Below, one piece after another: positions 36,605 to 47,128 of a stretch of 64,000 nt of DNA. Positions within the stretch are counted from its first letter, which is position 1. Each line of letters starts with the position of its first letter. The DNA is from Pirellulales bacterium (lineage in GTDB: Bacteria > Planctomycetota > Planctomycetia > Pirellulales > JAICIG01): positions 185,220 to 249,219 of the forward strand of contig JBBDYJ010000031.1 in NCBI GenBank assembly GCA_040901675.1. Direction: 5' to 3'. Under the pieces are notes generated by a model that saw nothing but the letters and a program-made list of their open reading frames with translations, was not told the DNA's origin and did not search any database. The position numbers and the translations under genes are program-made.

Positions 36605-36705
36605 TTAGATCTTGGTGCTTTGGTCTTTAGGTGAGGCCAAGTGCGACCCCCAAGCACCAAGAACAAAGTGCCAAGCACCAAGCACCAAGAACAAAGCACC
36701 AACCA
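36605..36705. repeat. Inverted heptamer tracts (cttggtg / caccaag)
   Basis: cttggtgctttggtc ... caagcaccaagaacaaagtgccaagcaccaagcaccaag. Confidence 0.75.
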
Positions 36706-36716
36706 GGAGACCGACC

Positions 36717-37649
36717 ATGGAAGGTTGGCAGACCCAGGTCATGGCCGACCCGGCCGGCCGGCTCAGCCGCACGCTGCCGCTGACCGTGCTGCTGCCGGCC
36801 TTCAACGAAGAACAGGCCATCCGCCGCGTGCTGGCCGAAGTGGTCGAAGCACTAGGCGATGAGCCGGAACCTTACGAGATCGTGGTGGTCGATGATGCCT
36901 CGACCGACCGCACCGCCGAGCTGGCCGAACAGTTCGCGGCCGACTGCTGGCAGTGCCCGGTCCGCGTGATCCGCTGCCCGGTCAACCGCGGCGCGGGGGC
37001 CGCCCGCAAGGTCGGCATCCGGGCGGCCCAGGGCGATGTCGTGGTCATGCTCGACGCCGACGGCAGCTACCCGGCGTCGGCGATCCGCGAGCTGCTGCAG
37101 TTCTTCCCCGCCTTCGACCAGGTCAACGGCGCACGGACCAGCGAGCAAGGCACGCTCCCCTGGCTGCGCGGACCGGCCAAGTGGTTCATCCGCAAGCTGG
37201 CCTGCTACCTGACCGGCCACCGCATCCCCGATCTCAACACCGGACTCAAGGCCTTCAAGCGCGAGGCGATGCTCCCCTGGCTGTGGGTCGTCCCCGACGG
37301 CTTCAGTTGCGTGACGACCATGACGCTGGCCTTCCTGACCAACGGCTACGCGGTGAAGTACGTGCCCACCGAGTACCGGCCGCGGATCGGCAGCAGCAAG
37401 TTTCATCCCATCCACGACACGTTGGCCTACCTGGGCACGGTGCTGAGGATCGTGCTCTATTTCCGCCCACTCAAGGTCTTCCTGCCGCTGGCCGGGATGC
37501 TGATCGCCGGCGGAGCGGCCAAGAGCGTTTGGAGCCGCCTGTCGACCGGCAGCATGCAAGAGTCCGACATCGTGATCATGGTGGCGGGCTTTATGACCGC
37601 CATGCTCGGCCTGCTGGCCGAGGTGATCGTGGCCCACCATCGCCGCTAA
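36717..37649 (+). CDS. GT2 polyprenol-phosphate glycosyltransferase (DPM1/ArnC-like)
   Basis: LPAFNEE, VDDASTD, MLDADGSY, DLNTGLK, C-terminal TMs. Confidence 0.9.
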   Translation: MEGWQTQVMADPAGRLSRTLPLTVLLPAFNEEQAIRRVLAEVVEALGDEPEPYEIVVVDDASTDRTAELAEQFAADCWQCPVRVIRCPVNRGAGAARKVGIRAAQGDVVVMLDADGSYPASAIRELLQFFPAFDQVNGARTSEQGTLPWLRGPAKWFIRKLACYLTGHRIPDLNTGLKAFKREAMLPWLWVVPDGFSCVTTMTLAFLTNGYAVKYVPTEYRPRIGSSKFHPIHDTLAYLGTVLRIVLYFRPLKVFLPLAGMLIAGGAAKSVWSRLSTGSMQESDIVIMVAGFMTAMLGLLAEVIVAHHRR

Positions 37650-37695
37650 GAGAGGAACACCCGCCGATGCCGCTTCGCTATCGACGTTCAAACCG

Positions 37696-39411
37696 ATGAC
37701 GCTCCTCACAACCGACGCCTCGACTCGACCATCCGCCGGCTGGCAAGCCCAGGCATCGACGCGCCGCGATGCCGCGCTGCGGGACCGCTACCTCGCGTCG
37801 GCCCTGGCCTGTGTTCCGCGGCTCTTGGGCGCGGTGGACCGCAATCCGTACCGCCCGACGTATGGCTGCTTCGACCGCGAGTTCTGGCACTATCGCACCA
37901 GCGGCTTCGCCAGCCAGATGTACCAGGAGGCGGTCCTGCCGCTGGCACTCGTTTATGCCCACCCGCTGCCGGCGAACCGCTGGCATGGCCAGGCGCGGCT
38001 GGCCGAGCTGGCGCTGGCAGGCCTGGAGTTCTGTGCCCGCAGCAGCCACCGCGACGGCTCCTGCGACGACTACTATCCTTTCGAACGGGCCCTGGGGGCG
38101 GCCGTGTTCTCGTTGCAGGCCGCCGCCCGCGCCTGCCAGCTCCTCCGACTCGAAAGCCCGCGAGTGCGCGACTGGCTGGTGAAGCGGGCCCGCTGGGTCG
38201 CCCGGCAAGATGAGTCGGGCCGGCTAGCCAACCACCAGGCGCTGGCCGCCTTGGGGCTGACGCGCGTGGCCCAGCTCACCGGCGACGAGCGGTTTGTCCA
38301 GGCAGCCCGAGCACGCCTCGAGCGCGTGCTGTCCTGGCAATCGGACGAGGGCTGGTTCGAGGAGTATGGCGGGGCCGACCCCGGCTATCAGACGGTCACC
38401 ATCGACTGCCTGGCCAAGATCCGCCGTCTGACGGGCGAGAAGTCTCTGGACGAACCGTTGCGGCGGGCCGTGGCCTTCGCACGGTTGTTCTTGCACCCCG
38501 ACGGCAGTTGCGGTGGACCGTACGGCAGCCGCGGAACGATGCACTTCTATCCGCACGGCTTCGAGCTGCTGGCATCTGACAATGCCGAGGCGGCGGACAT
38601 GGCCGATGGGTTTCTCCGCGCGCTGGCCGCCGGCACGCAGGCCTGGTTCGAGGACGACCGGATGTACGCGCACCGGCTGGCCAACCTGCTGGAGGCCTAC
38701 CTCGACTGGTCGCCGAAGCGTCCCGCGCCGGCCGCACAGCCCGCGCTCGCCGGCAACGAGGCGACCGTGTACTTGCCGAAGGCCGGGCTGCTCGTGCGGC
38801 GCCATGACGGCGGGCACACGGTGGTCTCGGCCGCCCGCGGCGGAGCCTTCAAGCACTTCGCCGCCGGCCGGCCGTGCGTCACGGACGCCGGGCTGATCCT
38901 GGAAACAACCGATGGCCGTCTGGCCGTCTCGCAGTGTCACGGCCACGGGCGGCGAGTGGATTGGAACGGGCGGCTGACCGTCAGCGGGCCACTCAACTGG
39001 GTGCGCTTCGAAACGGCCAGCCCGCTCAAGCTGGCATTGTTTCACGCGGGCATGTGGCTGGTCGGACGCTGGTGCCGCACGCTGGTCCGCAGGCTGCTGC
39101 AGCGCCGGCTGATCACCGGCCGCCGTGCTTGCCCGGTGCGGCTGACTCGCACAGTTCAGTTTGAACCTGGCGACTTCGAGCGCCCCGCGCCGGGCCTCGT
39201 GCAAGACCTCGTTCGGGTTTCCGATCGGATCGAGATCATCGACCCGGCTCTGCACGTCAGGCGTATGCACTTCAGCACCGACATGGAAGCCGCCTACGTG
39301 GCCGCCTCGGGCGTTTATCAGCAGTCCGTGCTGGAGCCTTGGACTGACCTGTCTGAATACGTGGAGGAGTTGAACCGATGCCGGCAGGTAACGATTATGC
39401 GCGAGCTGTGA
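37696..39411 (+). CDS. Hypothetical protein, possible alpha/alpha-toroid carbohydrate-active fold
   Basis: GCFDREFWHY, ANHQ, GWFEEYGGADPGY; operonic position. Confidence 0.7.
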   Translation: MTLLTTDASTRPSAGWQAQASTRRDAALRDRYLASALACVPRLLGAVDRNPYRPTYGCFDREFWHYRTSGFASQMYQEAVLPLALVYAHPLPANRWHGQARLAELALAGLEFCARSSHRDGSCDDYYPFERALGAAVFSLQAAARACQLLRLESPRVRDWLVKRARWVARQDESGRLANHQALAALGLTRVAQLTGDERFVQAARARLERVLSWQSDEGWFEEYGGADPGYQTVTIDCLAKIRRLTGEKSLDEPLRRAVAFARLFLHPDGSCGGPYGSRGTMHFYPHGFELLASDNAEAADMADGFLRALAAGTQAWFEDDRMYAHRLANLLEAYLDWSPKRPAPAAQPALAGNEATVYLPKAGLLVRRHDGGHTVVSAARGGAFKHFAAGRPCVTDAGLILETTDGRLAVSQCHGHGRRVDWNGRLTVSGPLNWVRFETASPLKLALFHAGMWLVGRWCRTLVRRLLQRRLITGRRACPVRLTRTVQFEPGDFERPAPGLVQDLVRVSDRIEIIDPALHVRRMHFSTDMEAAYVAASGVYQQSVLEPWTDLSEYVEELNRCRQVTIMREL

Positions 39412-40304
39412 TCAGGTGCGGCCGGTTTGTCGCCAAGCTGGCCTTTTCGCGGCTCGGCAAGATCACGCTGGCGCTTCTGCTGCTGGCCGTCTTGTACCAG
39501 GCCGCCGACTGGCGGGCCGTCGGCCGGTCGCTGATCACGCTCGACGCCCGCTACCTGGCAATGGCGATGCTGCTGTTCGTGCCGCAGACGGTCGTCTCGG
39601 CCTGGCGCTGGCAGAAGCTGGCCGCCCCGGTCGCGCGGATTACGCTGGCCGCATCGGTGCGGCACGTGCTTTCGGCGTCGGCCTTGAACCTGATATTGCC
39701 TTCGAAGCTGGGCGACCTCGGCAAGGCGATGATGCTGCCGCTGGACACTTCTCCCAAGCGGGTCCGCGCTGTCAGGGCGGCGATGCTCGAGAAAGTCGCC
39801 GACGTAGGAGCATTGATCGCCTTGTGGCTGTGGGGTGCCCTCGACTTTTCCCCCTGGTTCGGGCTCGGCTTGCTGTGCCTGATCGTCATTGCTACCGACG
39901 GCCGGCTGGTTGTGATCTCGATCGGGCTCTGGAGCCTGCACCTCCTGCAGATCGACTGTTTCTTGAAGGCAGCCGGCGTGTTCGTCGATTGGCCCGTGGT
40001 GTGCGCCCGCGTGCCGGCCGCCCTGTTTGCCGGCATGCTGCCGATCACGATGTGCGGCCTGGGGACGCGCGACTCGGTCCTGGTGTGGCTCTTTTCCGAC
40101 GTGGCCGCGTCGCCGGCCATGCTGGCGGTCGGCACCTTGACTTTCCTCAGGTACCTCGTGCCCGGAGCCGTTGGACTCCTGCTCGTGCCAAGCATGCTTC
40201 ACTGGCGACCGGCGGCGCCTGACTCGCGAGCGGTCGACGTGCCGGTGCCTGTGCCGGCCGGCAGAGCCAAGAGAGGAGTGCTGTCGGCCGCACGCAACCG
40301 ATAG
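39408..40304 (+). CDS. Lysylphosphatidylglycerol-synthase-TM/flippase-like membrane protein
   Basis: WRW, NLILPSKLGD, LPIT..GLGTRD. Start uncertain. Confidence 0.8.
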   Translation: MIRCGRFVAKLAFSRLGKITLALLLLAVLYQAADWRAVGRSLITLDARYLAMAMLLFVPQTVVSAWRWQKLAAPVARITLAASVRHVLSASALNLILPSKLGDLGKAMMLPLDTSPKRVRAVRAAMLEKVADVGALIALWLWGALDFSPWFGLGLLCLIVIATDGRLVVISIGLWSLHLLQIDCFLKAAGVFVDWPVVCARVPAALFAGMLPITMCGLGTRDSVLVWLFSDVAASPAMLAVGTLTFLRYLVPGAVGLLLVPSMLHWRPAAPDSRAVDVPVPVPAGRAKRGVLSAARNR

Positions 40305-41815
40305 ACGCGGAAATCCGGGCCTGAGGAGATCAGGGCCCGCCGGTCGAGCTGGGTTTGTGTGGCTGGGCTACTCGCCTGGTCGAGGCCGGCGACGACCAGC
40401 CAGCGGGCGCCTTGGCGCTCGGCTTCGGCGAGCTGGCGGTCGAGATCCTCCGATGCGGCAGATAGGGCCCATCCCGGACGATTGCAGTAATAGAGGAGGT
40501 CCGGGGCCGAGCCGTGCACGGTCACCACCGGCTCTTGCGGGCCGGCGATCTCGTCCAGGGCCGCAGCGGCCACGACGACGCTGCGGTCCTCTTGGGGCGT
40601 GCTAAATGCCGGCTTGGCGGCGTGCCGCATCGAGAACGCCAGCCCCGCCAGCAGCAGGGCCGCCGTGGCAACCCGGCCCGGCCCGAGCCGCTGGTGGACC
40701 AGGTGCCAACCCAATCCGGCCATGACGCACAGCGGCGGCAAGACGACCAGGTAGTAGTAATTCATCGCGTAGAACTTGGCCGGCAGCAAGACGACCAGGC
40801 CGGCCATTGCCGCCAGCCAGATCGCGTGCCGCCGCCCGGCAGGGTGCAGGCAGCCGGCCATGACCAGCAGAAGTCCGATCGGCGTCAGCGCCGGGCCGGC
40901 CAGGTCGTCCATCGCCTGCCGGTAGAAGTCGGGCGTGGACAAGAGCGGGTGCGGCATCGGGTGGTCCGACGCGCTTTGGCGCACCGAGTAGTAGACCCGC
41001 TCGGACAGTGGCCCGCCGGGCGCGCCCAGGTGCATTGCCATGGCAAACCAGCCGAGCCCGGGCGCGACCGCCACGATGGCCGCCGCCCCGGCCGGCAGCC
41101 AGCGCCTCTGCCGCGTGTTGACCGCCATGGTGCGCCTGGCTTGCCAGACCATGGCGCTCAATGGCGCCAGCAGGACCAGCATGTAGATCTTGGTGAGCAC
41201 CGCCAGCGCCAGGCCGACGGCCGCCAGGACCAACCAGCGGCTGCGTCCGGCGGCAAGCCAAACATCCAGACAATAGAACGTCGCCAACGTGAAGGCGACC
41301 AGCGAAGCTTCCAGCATAAAGCTCTGGCCGAAGATGATGCTGACCGGCGACAGCGCCAGCACGGCGCCGGCGCCGGCCGCCGCCACGCTGCCGTGCCAGC
41401 GGGCGACGAGCAGGTAGAGCAAGGCGACCGCCGCGACGCTGAAGCCAATCGACGTCAACCGCCCCCACGCATCAAGCGAGCCGCCGCAGCATCGCCACGC
41501 CAGGCCGGTCAGGTACGCCGACACGGGGACCTCCAGCAGGTGCCAGCCTCGCTCGCCCCCTTCGATGCAATCGACCGTAGGCAGCCAGGCGGGTGCCCGG
41601 CCTTCGGCCCAGTTGCGGGCGATCATGGCATAGATCACGTTCTTGGTGGCAAAGTTGCCGGCCAGCGGCCGATTGAGGCCCGGCAGCCGGACCGCCGCCG
41701 TCAGCAGCAACAACCCGCAGAGGATCCAGGCGCAGCGTGCCGACCGCGTGGCCGGCCTCTCGCCGGCAAGCTGCACAGCCTGGGAAGTCGCCGCATTCGG
41801 GGCAGCGGATACCAT
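40199..41815 (-). CDS. ArnT/PMT-like (GT-C) membrane glycosyltransferase
   Basis: AMIARN, GRLTSI, LSP..IIFG, LTK and many TMs. Confidence 0.8.
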   Translation of the reverse strand: MVSAAPNAATSQAVQLAGERPATRSARCAWILCGLLLLTAAVRLPGLNRPLAGNFATKNVIYAMIARNWAEGRAPAWLPTVDCIEGGERGWHLLEVPVSAYLTGLAWRCCGGSLDAWGRLTSIGFSVAAVALLYLLVARWHGSVAAAGAGAVLALSPVSIIFGQSFMLEASLVAFTLATFYCLDVWLAAGRSRWLVLAAVGLALAVLTKIYMLVLLAPLSAMVWQARRTMAVNTRQRRWLPAGAAAIVAVAPGLGWFAMAMHLGAPGGPLSERVYYSVRQSASDHPMPHPLLSTPDFYRQAMDDLAGPALTPIGLLLVMAGCLHPAGRRHAIWLAAMAGLVVLLPAKFYAMNYYYLVVLPPLCVMAGLGWHLVHQRLGPGRVATAALLLAGLAFSMRHAAKPAFSTPQEDRSVVVAAAALDEIAGPQEPVVTVHGSAPDLLYYCNRPGWALSAASEDLDRQLAEAERQGARWLVVAGLDQASSPATQTQLDRRALISSGPDFRVYRLRAADSTPLLALPAGTGTGTSTARESGAAGRQ

Positions 41816-41992
41816 GCGTCGCCAACCGCGGTTTCGCCGGAAAAATGGAAAAAGATGCTGATTGGGTGGATTGTCCGGCCGAATATATCGCTACAGCCCG
41901 TTGCAACACAGACCAACCGGCCCGCGCGGTCGAGTGCTGGCTTGGCGGGCATGGGGCACCGTCCAGTTCAATCGCCTTCGAACGAGGAATCC

Positions 41993-42298
41993 ATGCGTCG
42001 AGCACTGCTGAGCGTGGCCGCACTGGCGCTGCTGGCATCGGGCAGCGGTTGCACGATGTGCGCCAGCCCCCACGACTACTGCGGTCCGACATTTTCGGGC
42101 GAGTGCGGCGACGGGTGCGACTTCCATGCGCGGCGGGGATCGATCTTCGCTCCGGCGGATGTTGCGACGACAGCGGGCGAAGTCATGGTCTCGGAGCCGG
42201 CGGCCGAGATGTATGGAGAACCGACGCCCGCGCCCGCGGTGGAGCCGATCTCGTACCAGCGGCGGTTGCCCGACACCGGCGGCCGCTACGTTCGCTAG
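41993..42298 (+). CDS. Cys-rich putative lipoprotein
   Basis: MRRALLSVAALALLASGSGC signal, CASPHDYCGP. Confidence 0.7.
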   Translation: MRRALLSVAALALLASGSGCTMCASPHDYCGPTFSGECGDGCDFHARRGSIFAPADVATTAGEVMVSEPAAEMYGEPTPAPAVEPISYQRRLPDTGGRYVR

Positions 42299-42423
42299 TT
42301 GCCGCAAACTCGGCAGGCCGCATAACAGGCCCGCCCGGCACTTGTCAACCACTCGCTGGGGTTCCGGCCGCGAATGGCCCTTTCTTGCTTTACACCGCGC
42401 TTGCCCGCGGTTGTAATCGGGCC

Positions 42424-43911
42424 ATGAGCCAAGCCGTCAGCTTCGATCCTTACGCCATGCCCGCGGACGCATTGCGCGAGCCGCCCGCCAGCCTTTCGCT
42501 GGCCCTGCGGCAGATCGGTCCGGGAATCATTCTGGCCGGCAGCATCATCGGCACGGGCGAGCTGCTGCTGACGACCTCGCTGGGCGCCAAGCACGGATTC
42601 GCCTTCTTGTGGCTGATCCTGTTCAGTTGCCTGATCAAGGTCTTCGTGCAGATCGAGCTGGGCCGCTATTCGATCTCGTCGGGCAAACCGACGTTGGGCG
42701 CGCTGGACGCCTTGCCGGGGCCACGGCTCGGCACTCATTGGCTGGTGTGGTGGTGGTTCTTCATGCTGCTGGCCACCGTGTCGCAGCTCGGAGCGATGGT
42801 GGGTGGCGTGGGGCAGGCCTTGAACCTGGCGTTCCCGCGGGTTTCGCAGTGGCTGGCTTCGGCGGCCGGCGGCGTATCGGCGGAGCTGGCGGAGAAAATC
42901 GTTTCGAACCCGGAACACCCTTGGGCGGTGATGACCGCTTTGGGAGCCGTGCTGCTCCTGCTGAGCGGAGGGTACCGGCGGATCGAGGTCGTAACCACGT
43001 TCCTGGTGGTAGGCGTCACGTTGATTACGGTCCTTTGTGCCGCATCGCTGCCGCTGGCCGGTTACCCGATCAGGCCGGAGGATCTTCGGGAGGGGTTCAG
43101 CTTCACGCTGCCGGCGGCCGGGATTGCGGCGGCCTTCGCCACGTTCGGCATTACGGGAGTGGGCGCGAGCGAGCTTTACTCCTACCCGTACTGGTGCCTG
43201 GAAAAAGGCTACGCGCGCTTTGCCGGCCCGCAGTCGGCCGACCCGGAGTGGGCCCGGCGGGCGCGCGGCTGGATGCGCGTGCTGTACCTCGACGCCTGGG
43301 TGAGCATGCTCGTGTTCACGGTGGCCACCGTGGCCTTCTACTGCATGGGAGCCACCGTGCTGCACCGCGAGCAGCTCGATCCGCAGGGCAAAGAGATGAT
43401 CGATACGCTGGCCCAGATGTACATGCGGTCATTTGGGAACTGGACGAAAATCCTGTTCCTGATCGGGGCTTGTGCGGTGCTGTTCAAGACGCTGTACGTC
43501 GCCTCGGCGGGACACAGCCGGCTGACCGCCGACTTTCTGAGCCTGGCGGGCGTGGTGCGCTACGCCGAGGCCCGCAACCGTGCCCGCTGGATCCGCTTCT
43601 TCTGCCTGTTCTATCCGGTGCTGGCCCTGCTGTTGTATCTCTTGTTCGAGGAGCCGCGGGCCATGGTCGTATTCGGCGGTTTCATGCAGGCGGCGACTCT
43701 GCCGGTTATCACGGCGGCCACGATCTATCTGCGTTTTCGGCGCACGGACCAGCGGCTGGCGCCTTCGTTGTTCTCGGATGCGTGCCTTTGGTTCGCCTTT
43801 TTCACGATTACGGCCGTGGCGGTTTACGCGATCAGGGATTGGGGACTGACCAAGTTCTGGCCGGTGGTTGATCAGGTCGGGATTTGGCTTGAGTCGCGTA
43901 GCTGGTGGTAG
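42424..43911 (+). CDS. Nramp-like/APC-superfamily transporter
   Basis: IGPGIILAGSIIGTGEL, FGITGVGASE, YPYWCLEKGY. Confidence 0.85.
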   Translation: MSQAVSFDPYAMPADALREPPASLSLALRQIGPGIILAGSIIGTGELLLTTSLGAKHGFAFLWLILFSCLIKVFVQIELGRYSISSGKPTLGALDALPGPRLGTHWLVWWWFFMLLATVSQLGAMVGGVGQALNLAFPRVSQWLASAAGGVSAELAEKIVSNPEHPWAVMTALGAVLLLLSGGYRRIEVVTTFLVVGVTLITVLCAASLPLAGYPIRPEDLREGFSFTLPAAGIAAAFATFGITGVGASELYSYPYWCLEKGYARFAGPQSADPEWARRARGWMRVLYLDAWVSMLVFTVATVAFYCMGATVLHREQLDPQGKEMIDTLAQMYMRSFGNWTKILFLIGACAVLFKTLYVASAGHSRLTADFLSLAGVVRYAEARNRARWIRFFCLFYPVLALLLYLLFEEPRAMVVFGGFMQAATLPVITAATIYLRFRRTDQRLAPSLFSDACLWFAFFTITAVAVYAIRDWGLTKFWPVVDQVGIWLESRSWW

Positions 43912-44014
43912 GCGGAGTTCTTGCTTTTGGGAACGCGGCGGGCGCTTCCGGCGTCCAAGCCGTAGCGTGGTAGGATTGCTGCAAGGAGCTTGTGAGAGGA
44001 GGGGTAACTTGTCG

Positions 44015-45061
44015 ATGCGGCGCGTCATATTGCTCGTCCTGGGACCGCTGCCGATCGTGGCGTGCTCCTATGGCATCAGTCACTGGCTGAGAACCGAGGT
44101 CCAGGCGCCGCAGAGCAACCGGGTCGTGCCGAGCGCGGGCGCGCTGGCGGCGGGACCGGAGGCCATTGAGCGGGCCTCCGCCGACCGGGCCGGCCGCCGC
44201 GAGCTCTCGTCGGCCGGCGCCCGGCCCGCGACCCGCAACGAGGCTTTCTCGAACTCCCGCCTCCAGGCCGATTGCCAGGCCGCTGCGCGCCGCCTCTCGA
44301 GGCGACTCGACGATGCCTGCCGGACGATCGTGCGGGCTCCGTTTGTCGTCGCGGGCGATCTGACGGAAGCGGAGCTGAATCGCTGGCACGAACGTACGAT
44401 CGGGCCGGCGGCCCGCGCCATGGGACACCGCTATTTCACGGCCAGGCCCGACCAGCCGATCACGGTGCTGTTGTTCTCAGGCGAGGACAGCTACAACCGC
44501 TACGCCAAGGACCTGTATGGCGACGAAGGAGTATCGGTCTACGGCTATTACAAACCGCACCTGCGGACATTGGTGATGAACATTGGCACCGGCGGCGGCA
44601 CGCTGGTCCACGAGCTGACGCACGCGCTGGTCGACTTCGATTTTCCGCACGTGCCCGATTGGTTCAACGAAGGGCTGGCTTCGCTGCACGAGCAATGCCG
44701 CATCCGGCCGGACGAGACCGGCATCGACGGCCTGGTCAACTGGCGGCTGGCGGGGCTGAAGCAAGCGATCCGCCGCGGCCGTCTCGCATCGCTGGAAACG
44801 CTCTTGTCCAACGACGACTTTCGAGGCGCCGACGTGGGTCTCAACTATGCTCAGGCCCGCTATTTCTGCATGTTCATGCAGAGCGGCGACAACCCGAGGG
44901 GAGAAGACGTGCTCGCCGAATTCTATGGGCTATTGCGACTGGAGCATCGTGAAGATCCCACCGGCGCCAGTGCAGTGCGGCGGGTCTTCGCCCAGCAGGA
45001 ATGGGCCGAGCTGGACCGGCGGTTTCAGTCCTGGGTGCTCTCGCTGTCGCCGGAAGAGTGA
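44015..45061 (+). CDS. Zn-metallopeptidase-like protein (gluzincin type)
   Basis: GTLVHELTH..PDWFNEGLA, YAQA. Confidence 0.8.
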   Translation: MRRVILLVLGPLPIVACSYGISHWLRTEVQAPQSNRVVPSAGALAAGPEAIERASADRAGRRELSSAGARPATRNEAFSNSRLQADCQAAARRLSRRLDDACRTIVRAPFVVAGDLTEAELNRWHERTIGPAARAMGHRYFTARPDQPITVLLFSGEDSYNRYAKDLYGDEGVSVYGYYKPHLRTLVMNIGTGGGTLVHELTHALVDFDFPHVPDWFNEGLASLHEQCRIRPDETGIDGLVNWRLAGLKQAIRRGRLASLETLLSNDDFRGADVGLNYAQARYFCMFMQSGDNPRGEDVLAEFYGLLRLEHREDPTGASAVRRVFAQQEWAELDRRFQSWVLSLSPEE

Positions 45062-45588
45062 TCGACGGCGGGATCAGCCGAAAACGCGCAGTCACCGACG
45101 CGCCCGGCGGTCGGCTCGGCCGTATCCGGCTCGGCTTCGTCGACATTGAAACCGAGGTTGGGGCGGCCGTATATCTTGGCCACGAATTTGCCGCCGACCT
45201 CGAAGAATGGGCCAAAGGGCTTGCACCGCAGGATCTCGATCGCGGCTTGCAGCTCTTTGCCATTGGACAAGGTGAGTTTGACCGCCATGAACCTGGCCCG
45301 CATCGCCTTGCTGCTCAACACGGCAATGCCGCGGGTGGAGATATTCCGCGTGACCGTGACAAAGCTGGCGCCCACCGGTTGGAGGTTGGCATCGATCGGC
45401 ACGGCCACGACCGGCAAGGCGATCCGATACCTTTGTTCGGAGCGCTTGTCCTGCCCATAGATTTGCAAGAGGCCCTCGGTTTCGCGGTCGAGCACTTCCT
45501 CGACGAAAGCGACGATCTCGTCGGATGGGCGTTGCGGCTTCGGGGCCGGTCGCTCGGTCTGGGCTGGTTTCAACTGAGGCAGTCCCAT
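45025..45588 (-). CDS. PilZ-domain protein
   Basis: KRSEQR and RNISTRG motifs (RxxxR, D/NxSxxG). Confidence 0.75.
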   Translation of the reverse strand: MGLPQLKPAQTERPAPKPQRPSDEIVAFVEEVLDRETEGLLQIYGQDKRSEQRYRIALPVVAVPIDANLQPVGASFVTVTRNISTRGIAVLSSKAMRARFMAVKLTLSNGKELQAAIEILRCKPFGPFFEVGGKFVAKIYGRPNLGFNVDEAEPDTAEPTAGRVGDCAFSADPAVDHSSGDSESTQD

Positions 45589-45850
45589 ATCGTTTGTCGC
45601 AATCGAAGCTTGGGGGGGCGAACCCGTGCTGAGCGTCCCATGCAGGCCGGTCCAGAACGAGGCATGTCAAAATATGGCTCATCGACCGGCGGCAGCCTGT
45701 CTCGATCGGCCAGTCCGGCACGGATTGCGGATTCGCGCAAAACAGAAACTGCCTGACGTAAGGGCTGGTCGGGCTGGGCGGTGTTACTCCCCCGCAACCG
45801 GGCAGCGGCCACAGCTTGATGCCCGGCATTGCCCGCTATACCATCGAACC

Positions 45851-46873
45851 ATGACCGTTTCCTCCCCCATTTCCCGGCGGCGGTTTATGGCCGCGTCGCT
45901 GTTGGGAGCCGGCAGCGCGCTGGAAGGGCGCTGGTCAGCCGCGGCAGAGGACCAGGCGGCGGACGCGGATCAGGCGTTGATCGCGATCACGTTCGACTTG
46001 GAAATGAGCCGCAATTTTCCTCGCTGGGAAGATACCCACTGGGACTACGAAAAAGGGAATCTGAACGAAGAGACGAAGCGGTACACGGTCGAGGCCTGCC
46101 GGCGGGTCCGCGAGCGGGGCGGAGTGCTGCACACCTTTGCCGTGGGGCGGGTTTTCGAGCAGGAAAACCACGATTGGTTGAACGAAATCGTCGAGGCGGG
46201 GCACCCGGTCGGCAACCATACTTACGACCACGTCAATGTCACCGCCACTCGGCCGGAGGAGATCCAGTTCCGCTTCCGCCGAGCACCTTGGCTGATCGAA
46301 GGCAAATCGGCAGCGGAAGTGATCTCCGAGAACATTCGCCTCACGAACCTGGCACTCCGGGAAAGCCTGGGAATCGAACCGTCGGGCTTCCGCACTCCGG
46401 GCGGTTTCTCCGATGGGCTTGCGGGGCGGGAAGACGTCCAGCAGACCATCCTGGCTCAGGGCTTCCGCTGGGTCAGCAGCAAGTATCCAGCCCACCCACT
46501 GGGCGAAGCGGGCCGGGCACCGAGCGAGGAGGTCCTGACTCGGATTGTCGAAGTCCAGCCGCAGGCCCAGCCTTTCGCCTATCCGTCGGGCCTGGTCGAA
46601 GTGCCCATGAGCCCGGTCAGCGACATCAGCGCCTTCCGGGGCGGTCGCTGGCCACTGAAAGACTTTCTGCTCGCCGTGCGCCTGGCGGTCTCCTGGGCGA
46701 TCGACCACGGGGCCGTTTTCGACTTCTTGGGGCATCCATCGTGTTTGTACGTCACCGATCCCGAATTCCGGGCGGTGAAGCTGATTTGCGACCTCGTCGA
46801 GGCTGCCGGCCCGAGGGCAGCGATCGTCGACCTGGACCGCATCGCCCGGCGCCTCGCCGCACCGAAGCCCTGA
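45851..46873 (+). CDS. Tat-exported polysaccharide deacetylase family protein
   Basis: SRRRFM signal, TFDLE, GNHTYDH, FRTPGG, GHP. Confidence 0.85.
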   Translation: MTVSSPISRRRFMAASLLGAGSALEGRWSAAAEDQAADADQALIAITFDLEMSRNFPRWEDTHWDYEKGNLNEETKRYTVEACRRVRERGGVLHTFAVGRVFEQENHDWLNEIVEAGHPVGNHTYDHVNVTATRPEEIQFRFRRAPWLIEGKSAAEVISENIRLTNLALRESLGIEPSGFRTPGGFSDGLAGREDVQQTILAQGFRWVSSKYPAHPLGEAGRAPSEEVLTRIVEVQPQAQPFAYPSGLVEVPMSPVSDISAFRGGRWPLKDFLLAVRLAVSWAIDHGAVFDFLGHPSCLYVTDPEFRAVKLICDLVEAAGPRAAIVDLDRIARRLAAPKP

Positions 46874-46935
46874 TGGCCGGCAAGAGCCCGGCGAATAACA
46901 GAGGAAGGCCCACTTCCTTTCAGAACGCCTGGAAA

Positions 46936-46979
46936 ACTAAAAAACGGGGCGTGGCAACTCATGGATTGCCACGCCCCGT
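46936..46979 (-). terminator. Rho-independent terminator downstream of the DUF1559 gene
   Basis: 14-bp stem acggggcgtggcaa/ttgccacgccccgt followed by a T-run on the minus strand. Confidence 0.75.
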
Positions 46980-47128
46980 CAAGGAGGTGTGCGCCGCGGC
47001 CTGCCTCAGGCATGCCGCTCGCGTGGAGCAACATCCCGTCGGGCAAACCTGCCAGCAATCATAGACCTTGCTCGTCGGCGAAGGACTCACCGCCAATCTT
47101 AGTGTTCATGTCAACGGAGGGTTATGGA

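Noticed and set aside
10032..45588. HD-GYP, Flp and PilZ as one c-di-GMP pilus system
   Set aside because: The genes are dispersed, and such genes are abundant in planctomycetes; there is no linkage evidence.
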